Assembly (NCBI GenBank): GCA_047601445.1
Contig: JASGJH010000001.1
Span: forward strand, 5,952,001-6,016,000
Direction of reading: 5' to 3'
DNA length: 64,000 nucleotides
Source: Myxococcales bacterium
GTDB lineage: Bacteria > Myxococcota_A > Polyangia > Polyangiales > DASUME01
Every line of letters begins with the position of its first letter. The stretch's first letter is position 1. The translations under genes were made by a program, and so were the position numbers. The notes under the pieces were generated by a model that worked only from the letters and a program-made list of their open reading frames with translations, was not told the origin of the DNA and made no database searches. This document shows, in pieces, positions 10,422 through 21,482 of the stretch.

Positions 10422-11348
10422 TCAGGTGGTCGTCTCCACCCGGGCACTGCAGATGCGGTTACGCCCGGAACGCTTGGCGGCATAGAGCGCGCCGTCGGCG
10501 GCGCCGAGCAACAAGTGTGGTTCGTGCGCGTGCTCCTGGGAGTTCGCCACGCCGAAGCTCGCCGTGACGCCCTCCAGCGCGAGCTCACGCTCGATGCGTC
10601 CGCGCAGACGCTCGGCGATTTCCATGGCCTCCGCCAGGCTGCGTTCGGGCAAGACCACGCAGAACTCTTCGCCGCCGTAGCGCGCCGCCATGTCGGTGTT
10701 GCGCACGGAGTCACGCAGCAGGGCACTGATCTTCACCAGCACGCTGTCACCGGCCAGATGGCCCAGGCGATCGTTGAAGTCCTTGAAGTGGTCCAGGTCG
10801 ATCATGATCACGCTGACCAGGCCCCTCGGGTTCGCAAGCGCGCGCTTCAGGCACACGCGCAGCGTCTCGCGATCGTAGAGGCCCGTCAGCGCGTCGCGCG
10901 TGGCCGAGTCCATCAGCCGCGTGAGCTTGAGCTCGTCGATCAGGGCGGGTCGGTTGAAGGCACCCTCCATGTTGGTCAGATAGTCCAGCGCCGCCACGGC
11001 CACTCCGGGGCTGCGACCGAGCAGCGCCGTCAGGTGATCGCGGTGGCAGAGGATGCGCATCCAGACCTCCTGGGCTCGATGATCCGCGTAACGCTTGTGG
11101 GTGAGCACGAACAGCAGATCGCCGTAGTAGCTCCTCCCCTCCAGCCGCATGCGCCTGCACGCTCGCAGCGTGGTCTGGTTCGAGCTCTGCTCGCCGGCCT
11201 CCGCCAGCACGTGCTCGTAGGTGACTCTTTCTGACTGCAGCGTGCCCGGCCAAAGCTCCGAAGTCGGCATCTCTTCGAACACGGATCGCCCCCTCTTGTT
11301 CTGCGTGCGTTCCCTGGCTGACGGGTGGGATGAGCGCCTACGTGGCAT
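10422..11348 (-). CDS. Diguanylate cyclase (GGDEF domain), start uncertain
   Basis: DALTGLYDR, MIDLDHFKDFND, RNTD I-site, RYGGEEF and YAAKRSGRN. Confidence 0.9.
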   Translation of the reverse strand: MPRRRSSHPSARERTQNKRGRSVFEEMPTSELWPGTLQSERVTYEHVLAEAGEQSSNQTTLRACRRMRLEGRSYYGDLLFVLTHKRYADHRAQEVWMRILCHRDHLTALLGRSPGVAVAALDYLTNMEGAFNRPALIDELKLTRLMDSATRDALTGLYDRETLRVCLKRALANPRGLVSVIMIDLDHFKDFNDRLGHLAGDSVLVKISALLRDSVRNTDMAARYGGEEFCVVLPERSLAEAMEIAERLRGRIERELALEGVTASFGVANSQEHAHEPHLLLGAADGALYAAKRSGRNRICSARVETTT

Positions 11349-11403
11349 GCCCTACTTCGTGCGCCGATCCACGCCCCACCATGGATTTCATGCACAAAAC
11401 ACG

Positions 11404-11419
11404 TGCACCAACCGTGCCT
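11404..11419 (-). promoter_or_regulatory. Sigma54-like -24/-12 motif upstream of the GGDEF gene
   Basis: Minus strand AGGCACGGTTGGTGCA has GG-N10-GC spacing. Confidence 0.4.
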
Positions 11420-11651
11420 TCGCCGCGCTCATTCGTTCGCGCACGCCAACCACGCGGACTTTCGCGAACTCGATCGGCTCGGCGTGCCAAAGGCGCACGG
11501 GGCGTTATGGCGGGTGTTGCATCGGGCCACGGGTGAAAGGTGGGCGCGGCGCGGCGAGTGTCCGAGGGCGCGCCCGCTTTTCGCCTCGCGGCCCTGGCTC
11601 GCGCGCTTGCGTGAGCCCGCAAGCAAGTGCGTAGGCGCGAGCCTGAGCGGA

Positions 11652-12440
11652 TCAGAAGCGCAAACGCAGGTCGATTCCTGCCTGGGTACCGCTCACGTTC
11701 AGCTGGGTATCGAGGTCTTTCAAGATCGCCCGGCGGGTCGGCGTGATGGCGTTGATCTCCCGCGTGAGCCGGGCGCGCTGGCGCTTGCGGATGGCCAAGA
11801 ACACTCCCGACACCACGCCCGCTGCCAGCGGCGCGAGGCTCGACAGGATCAACCCGCGCGCGACTCGCCGCGCGTGTGCCTCGTCGCTCTTGTCCACGTC
11901 GCCATCGTTGTCCTTGTCGTAGGTGTCCGCATCCGGCACGCAGTCGTCCTTGTCCAGCTCTCGCTTGATGCTCTCGGCGTTGCCAAAGGCCACCAGCGCG
12001 CCGTAGGCCAAGATGCCCGCCACACTCAGGGCGGCGATGGTGCCGATGCGAGGGCCCCAGACCTTGACCTCCTTGCGCTGCGTCTCGAGCGCGATCTGCT
12101 TTTGCTCGAGCTCCACCAGGCGATGACTCAACTCGTGCACCTTCAGGTGTTCGGGCTCGGGCGTGGGCACGGCGGCCGGCGGGGGCGCCACCGAGAGCGA
12201 GGAGGCCTGGGGGGCTGGTGCCGCCTCCGATGCGGTCGTTGGTGCGGCAGGACCGGCAGCAGGCACTGGGGCAAGCACCTCGGGGGCTGCGGGGGCCATG
12301 GCGGGTCCTGGAGCGCTGGCGGCCGGCGGCGCCGGGTTCGGGGTCGCTGCCGGGCTGGTCTGGGCGGCGGCCCAGGCGGGCGTCTGCAGCGCCCAAAAGG
12401 CCACTATCAACAAGGTCGGGGAGAACTTTGGAAGGGTCAT
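11652..12440 (-). CDS. Hypothetical exported/membrane protein with EF-hand-like DxDxDG motif
   Basis: Signal peptide, Pro/Ala linker, coiled coil, two hydrophobic segments flanking DKDNDGDVDKSDE, C-terminal DLRLRF. Confidence 0.7.
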   Translation of the reverse strand: MTLPKFSPTLLIVAFWALQTPAWAAAQTSPAATPNPAPPAASAPGPAMAPAAPEVLAPVPAAGPAAPTTASEAAPAPQASSLSVAPPPAAVPTPEPEHLKVHELSHRLVELEQKQIALETQRKEVKVWGPRIGTIAALSVAGILAYGALVAFGNAESIKRELDKDDCVPDADTYDKDNDGDVDKSDEAHARRVARGLILSSLAPLAAGVVSGVFLAIRKRQRARLTREINAITPTRRAILKDLDTQLNVSGTQAGIDLRLRF

Positions 12441-12584
12441 GGCGGGGTTCGTACTGTGGACACTCACGGGTCTCAACTGTCCCGCTCGACCTGAGGCTGA
12501 CCTCAGTGACGCCTTTCGTTGACAAGCCTCGCCAGCCCCGCGTAGAGCGTTGGCCGGACTCTCCCTGCCCGGAAGGACACGTTC

Positions 12585-13682
12585 ATGGCGACGAGCTACG
12601 CGCGACACTGGACCCGCGCCACGATGCACCTCACGACCCTCGGCCTGTTGGGCGCCCTGTGCGGCTGCGGGAGCGACGCCGAGCCCAGCCCGGGCGCAGT
12701 CAACACCGACGCGGCGCGCATCTACGCCACCATCTCGGGCAAAGACGAGGTGGTGGTCATCGACGACGAGAGCCACGTCATCCTCGACACCATCAAGGTG
12801 GGCAAGGGGCCGGCCATTTTGCTCCACAGCCCCGACTACAAGAAGCTCTACAGCGCGAACTGGGAGGACAACAGCGTTTCCGTCATCGATACGACGAGCA
12901 ACGAAGCGCGCTCCATCACGGTGAAGGATCGTCCCTACGTGATCGCGCTCTCACCGGACGGCAAGCGACTCTATGCGGGCCTCAACAACAACGAGATCGC
13001 GGTGATCGACACCGCGAGCGAGAGCGTGGCCCAGAGCTTCCCGACCGACGAGCTGGCGTCCTCCATCATCGTGAGCCCCGACGGGCAGACGCTCTACGTA
13101 GCCACCGGTCTCGGCGCGGGGTCCCTGCGCGCGATCTCCTCGACGGACGGCTCGCTGATCAAGCCGCCCATCCCGGTGGGGAGCTCGCCCGACTGGATCA
13201 CCATCGGCAAGGACGGTTCCAAGGTCTACACGCTCAACTTCCTCTCGGACGACATCTCCGTGGTGGACACGGCCAGCTTCAGCGTGGCGAAGACCATCAC
13301 GACGGGTACCGGCAGCCTGGGCATCATCGGCAACGTGACGCCGGACGGCTCGCGTCTGTACGTGACGAACTTCGGTGCCGCGGACCTGATCGGCATCGAC
13401 ACCGCCACCAACCAAGTCGTGCAGACCATCCCTCTCCACGGTCGTCCGGTGGGCATCAACTTCGACCCCGAGGGCAAGCGCCTCTACGTCACGGACTTCG
13501 GCCCGGAATCGCTGGGCGAATCGCCCGTCGACGGCTCACAGTTCTTGCTCACCGGCATGTACACCAAGACCTATCCCGGCCAGGTCAGCGTCTTTGATCG
13601 CGAGACCGGCACGCAGATCGGTGACACCGTGACGGTGGGCCCCGGCGCCACCAGCGTCGTCCTGGTGCCTGCGGCGAACTGA
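12585..13682 (+). CDS. YVTN/YncE-type beta-propeller lipoprotein
   Basis: ALCGC lipobox; repeated SPDGKRLY...VIDT and LYVTNF blades. Confidence 0.88.
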   Translation: MATSYARHWTRATMHLTTLGLLGALCGCGSDAEPSPGAVNTDAARIYATISGKDEVVVIDDESHVILDTIKVGKGPAILLHSPDYKKLYSANWEDNSVSVIDTTSNEARSITVKDRPYVIALSPDGKRLYAGLNNNEIAVIDTASESVAQSFPTDELASSIIVSPDGQTLYVATGLGAGSLRAISSTDGSLIKPPIPVGSSPDWITIGKDGSKVYTLNFLSDDISVVDTASFSVAKTITTGTGSLGIIGNVTPDGSRLYVTNFGAADLIGIDTATNQVVQTIPLHGRPVGINFDPEGKRLYVTDFGPESLGESPVDGSQFLLTGMYTKTYPGQVSVFDRETGTQIGDTVTVGPGATSVVLVPAAN

Positions 13683-13742
13683 GCGTGAGCGCTCGCGCGC
13701 CGGCGCGACGAGCGTCCGCGCGCTCGTGCAGTCCCAAAGCAA

Positions 13743-13770
13743 ACGGCCGGCTCCACGCGGAACCGGCCGT
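13743..13770 (-). terminator. Probable intrinsic terminator downstream of the acyl-CoA dehydrogenase
   Basis: Minus-strand hairpin ACGGCCGGTTCC-GCGT-GGAGCCGGCCGT followed by TTGCTTT, between convergent genes. Confidence 0.5.
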
Positions 13771-13798
13771 GCTTCTGTGCCTCGAGGGAGAGCTTCGC

Positions 13799-15595
<1,797 letters not shown>

Positions 15596-15760
15596 GAGCT
15601 CAATTTCTCCAGCGAGGGCTGTTGTAACTGGCCTTGGCGGTCAAGCAACCGGTGTCGAAATGGTAGCCATGTCAGCTAGCCCGCAGGCTTTGTTTCTCGG
15701 GTATGTCCGAGGCCCCGGCGCCTGCGTGCGCAGACTCCGGTGCGCTCGGGAAAACTCTCC

Positions 15761-17491
15761 TCATGAGCTACACGAGAGCATCGAGCAGCCCGCGCGATTC
15801 CTCGCCCATTCAGGGCGTTTGGCTGCGAAGGCCTCGCGCCCTGGCTGCTCGTCATAGGGATGTCTCAAGACCTCCAGGAGCTCGTCCACCAGCGTGGGCC
15901 CCTCCGTGCGGGGCTCGGCTTCGGCCTGGTCGATAGCCATTTGGGCTAGGTAATTGCGGAAGATGAATCGGGGATTCACCCGGTTCATGCGGGCGCGGCG
16001 CTGCGCGTGCGGGGTGCCGTCGGCGGCCACGCGGGCGAGGTAGCGACGGACCCAGTTCGCGAGCTCGTGCTTGGCCGTGGCGCTCTCGGACGAGCTGCTG
16101 TCGGGCTGATAGAAGGCCTCGCGCAGGGGAGTGAGGAGTTCTTCATCAGAGGCGCCAGAGATGGAGGAGCCGGCGGCAGGGGCCACGTCGGCCAGGCCGC
16201 GGTAGAAGAGCGTGAAGTCGATCTCCGTGAGCTTGAGCACGCGGAACAGCTCGTTCACGAGCTCCTGGTCGGGGGGCAGCACCGCGTCGCCGTGCAGGTG
16301 AGGCTCCACGTGGAAGCTGTTCAGCCCGAGCTTCTGCGCGAGCATCCCGCGCAATCCGGATTCCAAGGTCTCCCCATACACCGCCAGGGCCTGCTCGAGC
16401 GGCTCCGGGGCATCGAACAGGGCGTACAGCGCGTTGGCCAGGCGCAGCAGGTTCCACTGCGCGATGCCGGGCTGGTTCTCGAAGCGATAGCGACGCCCCG
16501 AAGCGTCGGTGATGTTGGGGGTGAAACCGGGATCGTAGGGCTCCACGAATCCGTAGGGCCCGTAGTCGATGGTGAGCCCGAGGATGGACATGTTGTCCGT
16601 GTTCATCACGCCGTGCACGAAGCCCACGCGCATCCAGTGCACGATCATCACGGCGGTGCGTCGACAGACCTCGGTCAGCAGCGCCACGTAGCTGGACGGA
16701 GCGCGGGGATCGCCGAGCTCGGGGTAATGCGTAGCGATGGTGTACGCGAGCAGCTTGCGCATCAGCTCGTGCTCGTCGCGCGCGGCCAGGATCTCGAAAT
16801 TGCCGAAGCGCAGGAACGAGGGGGCCACGCGGCACACCACGGCGCCGGGCTCGTAGCGCGGGTGTCCGTCGTAGAGGATGTCGCGCACCACTTGCTCGCC
16901 CGTGGTGACCAAGCTCAGCGCGCGCGTGGTGGGCACGCCCAGATGGAACATGGCCTCGCTACACAGGAACTCGCGCAGCGAAGAGCGCAGCACGGCGCGC
17001 CCGTCGGCGGTGCGGGAGTAGGGTGTGGGCCCCGCGCCCTTGAGCTGCAGCTCCCAGCGCTCGCTGCGCGCGTTGACGGTTTCACCCAGCGTCATGGCGC
17101 GTCCGTCACCGAGCTGGCCCGCCCAATTTCCGAACTGATGCCCGCCATAACAGGCTGCGAAGGGCTCCATCCCGGAGAGCAGACGGTTGCCCGAGAACAC
17201 CTCTGCGAGCTCGGCGGCATCGAGCTGGCTCGGCGCGAGTCCCAGCAGCTCCGCCACTTCGGCCGAGAAGCCGATCAGCTCGGGCGCCCGCACCTGCGTG
17301 GGCGAGACCCGCGAGAAGCACGCGCCGCGCACCTGTCGCACGCGGCGTTCGCTGCTGGGATCCGCCGGCAAGCTGCGCACGAAGCTGTTGTCGAAGCGGA
17401 GGGAGTCGAGCGTGCCTTTCGCAATGCCCGCGGAACCCTCGGCGCCCTGGGCGCGCGCGCCCGCAAGAACATCATCGACCGCACTACTCAA
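15761..17491 (-). CDS. selO: Protein adenylyltransferase SelO (YdiU family)
   Basis: YGGHQFG, GQLGDGRA, LKGAGPTPYSR, GFVHGVMNTDN, IDYGPYGF and C-terminal CSMLSCSS. Confidence 0.95.
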   Translation of the reverse strand: MSSAVDDVLAGARAQGAEGSAGIAKGTLDSLRFDNSFVRSLPADPSSERRVRQVRGACFSRVSPTQVRAPELIGFSAEVAELLGLAPSQLDAAELAEVFSGNRLLSGMEPFAACYGGHQFGNWAGQLGDGRAMTLGETVNARSERWELQLKGAGPTPYSRTADGRAVLRSSLREFLCSEAMFHLGVPTTRALSLVTTGEQVVRDILYDGHPRYEPGAVVCRVAPSFLRFGNFEILAARDEHELMRKLLAYTIATHYPELGDPRAPSSYVALLTEVCRRTAVMIVHWMRVGFVHGVMNTDNMSILGLTIDYGPYGFVEPYDPGFTPNITDASGRRYRFENQPGIAQWNLLRLANALYALFDAPEPLEQALAVYGETLESGLRGMLAQKLGLNSFHVEPHLHGDAVLPPDQELVNELFRVLKLTEIDFTLFYRGLADVAPAAGSSISGASDEELLTPLREAFYQPDSSSSESATAKHELANWVRRYLARVAADGTPHAQRRARMNRVNPRFIFRNYLAQMAIDQAEAEPRTEGPTLVDELLEVLRHPYDEQPGREAFAAKRPEWARNRAGCSMLSCSS

Positions 17492-17497
17492 CGGATC

Positions 17498-18529
17498 TCA
17501 CTGCCTTTCTGCCGTGTACACGTCGACCCGCTGTTGCTCGGGGCGTTCCCTGCGAACCGTCAGCGTGTTGCCCTGCACGCAGTAGCTTAACACCTCGCTC
17601 GGCGCGCTTCCGCCCGCCTCGGTCAGCTGCAGCATCGCACCCTGGAGGGTGTAGGTGCCCATGCCTGTCTCGGGCGTGGTTTCTGGAGTTAAATTGCGGA
17701 CGCACAGCTCGCCCATGGGGATGCCTCCCAGATCCGCACAGGTGACTGGGCTGCCCTGTTTGGCGGAGAGCTCGTCGAGGCAGCTTGCGGGGATCTGCAA
17801 GCTCGGGTTGAGGGTCACCATCTGCTCGATGCTGTAGGACAGGTCGGCGCCGAAGGTGGTGTTGCCGGTGACGCCGATGGCCACCACGGGCACCGGCTTC
17901 ATGCTGCAGCTGGCCACCTCGCTCGGCAGTGTGACGCCGAGCGCCTCGGGGGGTGCCGAGATGCAGCCGGTCTTGAAGGCCCAGCTGCCCACGACGTCGC
18001 CGCCACAGGCCACGAAGTCCGCGCCGCAAGAGCCGGGAGCAGGAGCGTTCTTCGGGTTCAGGATCACCGTATAGAGGCTGAAGTGGGCGACCTCGGCGCT
18101 GATCTTCCCGTCCTTGCCCTTGGGGTTGGGCAGCGCCTGCCAAGTGTTCGACTCCTTGTCGAGCACCGCCACGTCCACGCGCTTGTCGGCTGGCACCGTG
18201 ACCTTGGACACGTCGAACTCGAGTTCGGCCGGCGCCTTGAAGCTCAGGCCGTCGGGGCCGAAGTCGTAGGCGTCGATCGCGATCTCTTTGCTCGAGGGCA
18301 GGTCCTTCTTGGACACCACCTTCAGTTCGATCTGGGTGTCTTGATCGAGCGCTCCCGCAGGGATCTTGAGCTTGGCCGCGCCCAGGCTGACCTCGGCCGC
18401 TTCCCCGGCCTTCACCAGCTGCGAGGTCATCTCGCCCACGTAGCTCTCCGGTGTCGGTGTGTCGCCCGAGTCACCGCAGGCCGTGAGCAACCAACCAACC
18501 ACCACCCAAGTTCTCAGCGCTCGCACCAT
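17498..18529 (-). CDS. Lipoprotein with ZU5-like N-terminal domain and Cys-rich C-terminal domain
   Basis: LLTAC lipobox; LKIPAGAL, FGPDGLSFKAP and VAHFSLY are ZU5/UPA-like; ACGGDVVGSW. Confidence 0.7.
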   Translation of the reverse strand: MVRALRTWVVVGWLLTACGDSGDTPTPESYVGEMTSQLVKAGEAAEVSLGAAKLKIPAGALDQDTQIELKVVSKKDLPSSKEIAIDAYDFGPDGLSFKAPAELEFDVSKVTVPADKRVDVAVLDKESNTWQALPNPKGKDGKISAEVAHFSLYTVILNPKNAPAPGSCGADFVACGGDVVGSWAFKTGCISAPPEALGVTLPSEVASCSMKPVPVVAIGVTGNTTFGADLSYSIEQMVTLNPSLQIPASCLDELSAKQGSPVTCADLGGIPMGELCVRNLTPETTPETGMGTYTLQGAMLQLTEAGGSAPSEVLSYCVQGNTLTVRRERPEQQRVDVYTAERQ

Positions 18530-18605
18530 GTAACCCCCCACCCGAACCGCGATTCTAGCCCCATTCTCGGGTTTAGGGGTGGGTCGTGGGGGGCGCGTTC
18601 GAAAG

Positions 18606-19493
18606 CTAGAAGTCGAGCACCACGTCCCCGTGCGCTACCAGCGCGGCCGTGTTCACGAACCGCACCCCCGCGTCGTGCTCGGCCTTGGGGAAGATCACGT
18701 CGCAGCCGGCCTTCGCGTGCCAGCCACCGAGTCGTTCGGGGACCCAGCGCTCGTCGAAGTCCATTTGGAAGCCCACGGCGGCAAAGCCGAGGCCGTAGTT
18801 CTTGAGCGCAGCGCCGGGAGCAGGACGGAACTGATAGTAGTCGTGCAAGTTCAGGCCCACGCTGGCGGGAAACACGAAGTCGAGGCCGAGGATGGCACCG
18901 TGCAGCAAGCGCAAACGCGGCGCCATTCCGAGCTCCAGGTAGGTGCCCATGTTCTGGCCATCGCGCGCACCGCTGACTTCCTGGGCGAACGTGATGGAGG
19001 GGAAGAAGCCGCGCCAGGTCTGGTCGTCGTAGGGACCCGCCCAGTACACGTCGTCCTTCAGTACTCCCAAGAGGTCGAGCTCGTAGACGTCGCCGAAGCT
19101 GCCGTTGGGGCTCGTGTACGCGAGGAAACGCCCGCTGATCTCCAGGGTCGGAGTCCACACACCGAGACCCAGCCAACCGCGCGCCTCGAGCAGCGAAGCG
19201 GACAGCGTGTCGCCGCCGCGCTGGTCGCCCGGGTGAAAACTCACGAAGGCGCCGCCGCCGGCGTGGAACTTGAACTCGTCCTCGTCGTAGAGCGCCACGC
19301 GCATGTCCGCAGCGCCCTGCATCACCACGCCCTTGCTGGCCTGGCGCATGCCGCGAAAGTAGTACTGGTTGAGCAGCGCCCCGTACATGTCGAGGTAGAT
19401 GGATTCGCCCTTCTCGTCGGCGCGCGCGCAGGTGGCGGGCAGCGAACAGACGAACAACGCGCAAGCTAGACAAAGCGTCCAAGCAGACTTCAT
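18606..19493 (-). CDS. Putative outer-membrane beta-barrel (TorF/TIGR02001-like)
   Basis: Signal peptide ending ARA, YYFRG..Q motif near the N-terminus, alternating beta-strand pattern, terminal Phe. Confidence 0.6.
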   Translation of the reverse strand: MKSAWTLCLACALFVCSLPATCARADEKGESIYLDMYGALLNQYYFRGMRQASKGVVMQGAADMRVALYDEDEFKFHAGGGAFVSFHPGDQRGGDTLSASLLEARGWLGLGVWTPTLEISGRFLAYTSPNGSFGDVYELDLLGVLKDDVYWAGPYDDQTWRGFFPSITFAQEVSGARDGQNMGTYLELGMAPRLRLLHGAILGLDFVFPASVGLNLHDYYQFRPAPGAALKNYGLGFAAVGFQMDFDERWVPERLGGWHAKAGCDVIFPKAEHDAGVRFVNTAALVAHGDVVLDF

Positions 19494-19796
19494 GGGTGGA
19501 CTCCGCGGGTCGATTTTCGGGAGCGAGTATGCGCGATCCGTCGAGTGAACCAGCACCTTCCGTGCTGACCGCCGCGACCAACTCAGCTGACCTGGAGGTG
19601 CGGTTTTGGCGCAGTTCTGCACAGCGGGTCCGTTGGTTCGAGGTCCCTAGCCGCAAACTCGGGGCGTGCACGAGAAAACACCCGCGCGGAAAAATCAAGG
19701 TGCATTCGTGCACGCACTGGCGATCGCGATGGACGCACGCGCATGAAGCTGCGAGCGCGCTTGACGATTGGCCCGGGCTCCCCCACTCCTTCGGGC

Positions 19797-20621
19797 ATGG
19801 CAAAGAAATCCGAGGCGGGGCCGGCGCTCCGTGGTGCAAAGCTGATCAAGAAGGCGATCGAGGCAGGTCGCGGCGAAGCGTTCTCTTCCCCCGAGCCTGT
19901 GGCGCCGGTGGTGCTCAAGCGTCTGGTGCTGCCGAATGGCGAGAGCATCTCCGCGAGCATGAAGGAACTGCTCAAGGTCGACTCGCTCTGGCTCGGCATC
20001 GAGTTCGATGAGGACGAAGGCGACATCGAGGCGGCGGCCTTCGATGACCTGATCGAGGACAACTTCGGCAAGCAGGCGGTGCATCTATTCGCCGAAGCCA
20101 GCGAGATGTTCGACGGGGATTGCATCGTGGTAGGCGGCGCCTCGGACGCCGTGCGCTTTCTCTATGTGGGCGAGGCCGACGAGTCGGGCGAATATGCGGT
20201 GATCACCGTGCGCAACGATCCCGAGCCGTGGGTGGGAGGCTTCGTGCCCTTCGACGTGTGGGTGGCCCAGGAAGTGGGCGCCGTGGATGCGCCCGCCGAA
20301 GCAGGCTCGGTGGCACCTCAGTACGAGGAGGCCGCCAAGGCGCTGGCGGACGCCAACGGCGACGGTCGGCTCGGCTTCAAGCCCACGGCGGGTGAAGCGT
20401 CCGACGAGGACGAAGAGGAAGAGGACGAAGACGACGAAGAGGACGAAGACGACGAAGAGGAGGAGGACGAGGAAGGCGACGACGACGAGCTCGACGAAGG
20501 CGAGCCGGATGACGGCGAGCTCGGTCCCGAGGGCGAAGACGACGAGGATGACGACGATGACGACGACGACGGCGACGAGGACGAGGACGACGAAGGCGAC
20601 GCCGACGACGAGGAAGACTGA
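19797..20621 (+). CDS. Hypothetical protein with about 70-residue Asp/Glu tail
   Basis: Strong GC3 codon usage; globular N-terminal part followed by an almost pure D/E tract. Confidence 0.8.
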   Translation: MAKKSEAGPALRGAKLIKKAIEAGRGEAFSSPEPVAPVVLKRLVLPNGESISASMKELLKVDSLWLGIEFDEDEGDIEAAAFDDLIEDNFGKQAVHLFAEASEMFDGDCIVVGGASDAVRFLYVGEADESGEYAVITVRNDPEPWVGGFVPFDVWVAQEVGAVDAPAEAGSVAPQYEEAAKALADANGDGRLGFKPTAGEASDEDEEEEDEDDEEDEDDEEEEDEEGDDDELDEGEPDDGELGPEGEDDEDDDDDDDDGDEDEDDEGDADDEED

Positions 20622-20718
20622 GGCCGCTCCCAATCCGGGGTGATCGCCGCGACAAAGTTGGCGTTCCCCCGTCGCCGCTGCTGACGGCGCTCGCGCCCTC
20701 GGTTTACGCTGCTGGGCC

Positions 20719-21477
20719 ATGAGCGCCTCGCCCGAGTCTCCTCAGCCCAACGCCGAGAACCTCGAAGATTTGAGCTTCGAACGGGCCAATCCCGCGAGCC
20801 AAGAGCAGGCTTTCTTCGGCGGCGGAGGGAAGTGCTCGAGCTGCGGCGAGGGCTTGGTGCGCGAGTACTGGGCCAGCGCCGACCAGACGTTGTGCGCCAC
20901 CTGCGCACAGAAGATCACCGCGCGGAACCAGGGCAAGGCAGGCTTCCGTGGGTTGATCAAGGCAAGTCTGTATGGCGGTGCGGCGGCCCTGGCCGGTGGC
21001 GGCATCTACTACCTGGTGTCGCTGTCGGGCTACGAGTTCGGGCTGATCGCCATCTTGGTGGGCTTCATGGTGGGCTACGCGGTGCGCGCTGGCTCAGGGG
21101 GTTACGGAGGACGCGGCTTTCAACTCATGGCCGTGATGCTCACCTACATCGCGATCGCGGGCATCCACACACCTTACATGATCGAGGGTTTACGCGCGCA
21201 CGATGCCGAGAGTGCGCAGGCCGCCGACCATGCCGCGGGCACGAACGCGGGAGACCCACCCCCAACGAGCTGGCTTTACGACACGATGCTCTACGTGTTC
21301 GCGTTCTGCCTCGCGCTGGCGGCGCCCTTCATGGCGGGCGCCGAGAACTTCATGGGCATCATCATCCTCGCCATCGGCCTGTGGGAGGCGTGGAAGATGA
21401 ACCGCCGGGTCCCGATCGATCTCGCAGGTCCGTATCCCATCGCCGCCCCGTCGGCGCCCAATCCCGCGCAGTTCTAA
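20719..21477 (+). CDS. Hypothetical membrane protein with N-terminal CxxC...CxxC zinc finger
   Basis: CSSC and CATC followed by several hydrophobic helices. Confidence 0.75.
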   Translation: MSASPESPQPNAENLEDLSFERANPASQEQAFFGGGGKCSSCGEGLVREYWASADQTLCATCAQKITARNQGKAGFRGLIKASLYGGAAALAGGGIYYLVSLSGYEFGLIAILVGFMVGYAVRAGSGGYGGRGFQLMAVMLTYIAIAGIHTPYMIEGLRAHDAESAQAADHAAGTNAGDPPPTSWLYDTMLYVFAFCLALAAPFMAGAENFMGIIILAIGLWEAWKMNRRVPIDLAGPYPIAAPSAPNPAQF

Positions 21478-21482
21478 GATCC

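Noticed and set aside
15761..15775. Selenocysteine readthrough at the SelO C-terminus
   Set aside because: The Sec-equivalent position is an ordinary Cys (CSS) and the TGA follows as a normal stop.
20318..20908. Poly-Ser and poly-Arg ORFs
   Set aside because: They are alternative-frame or antisense shadows of the Asp/Glu tail; the same applies to the Ser-Pro shadows of the GD tracts.
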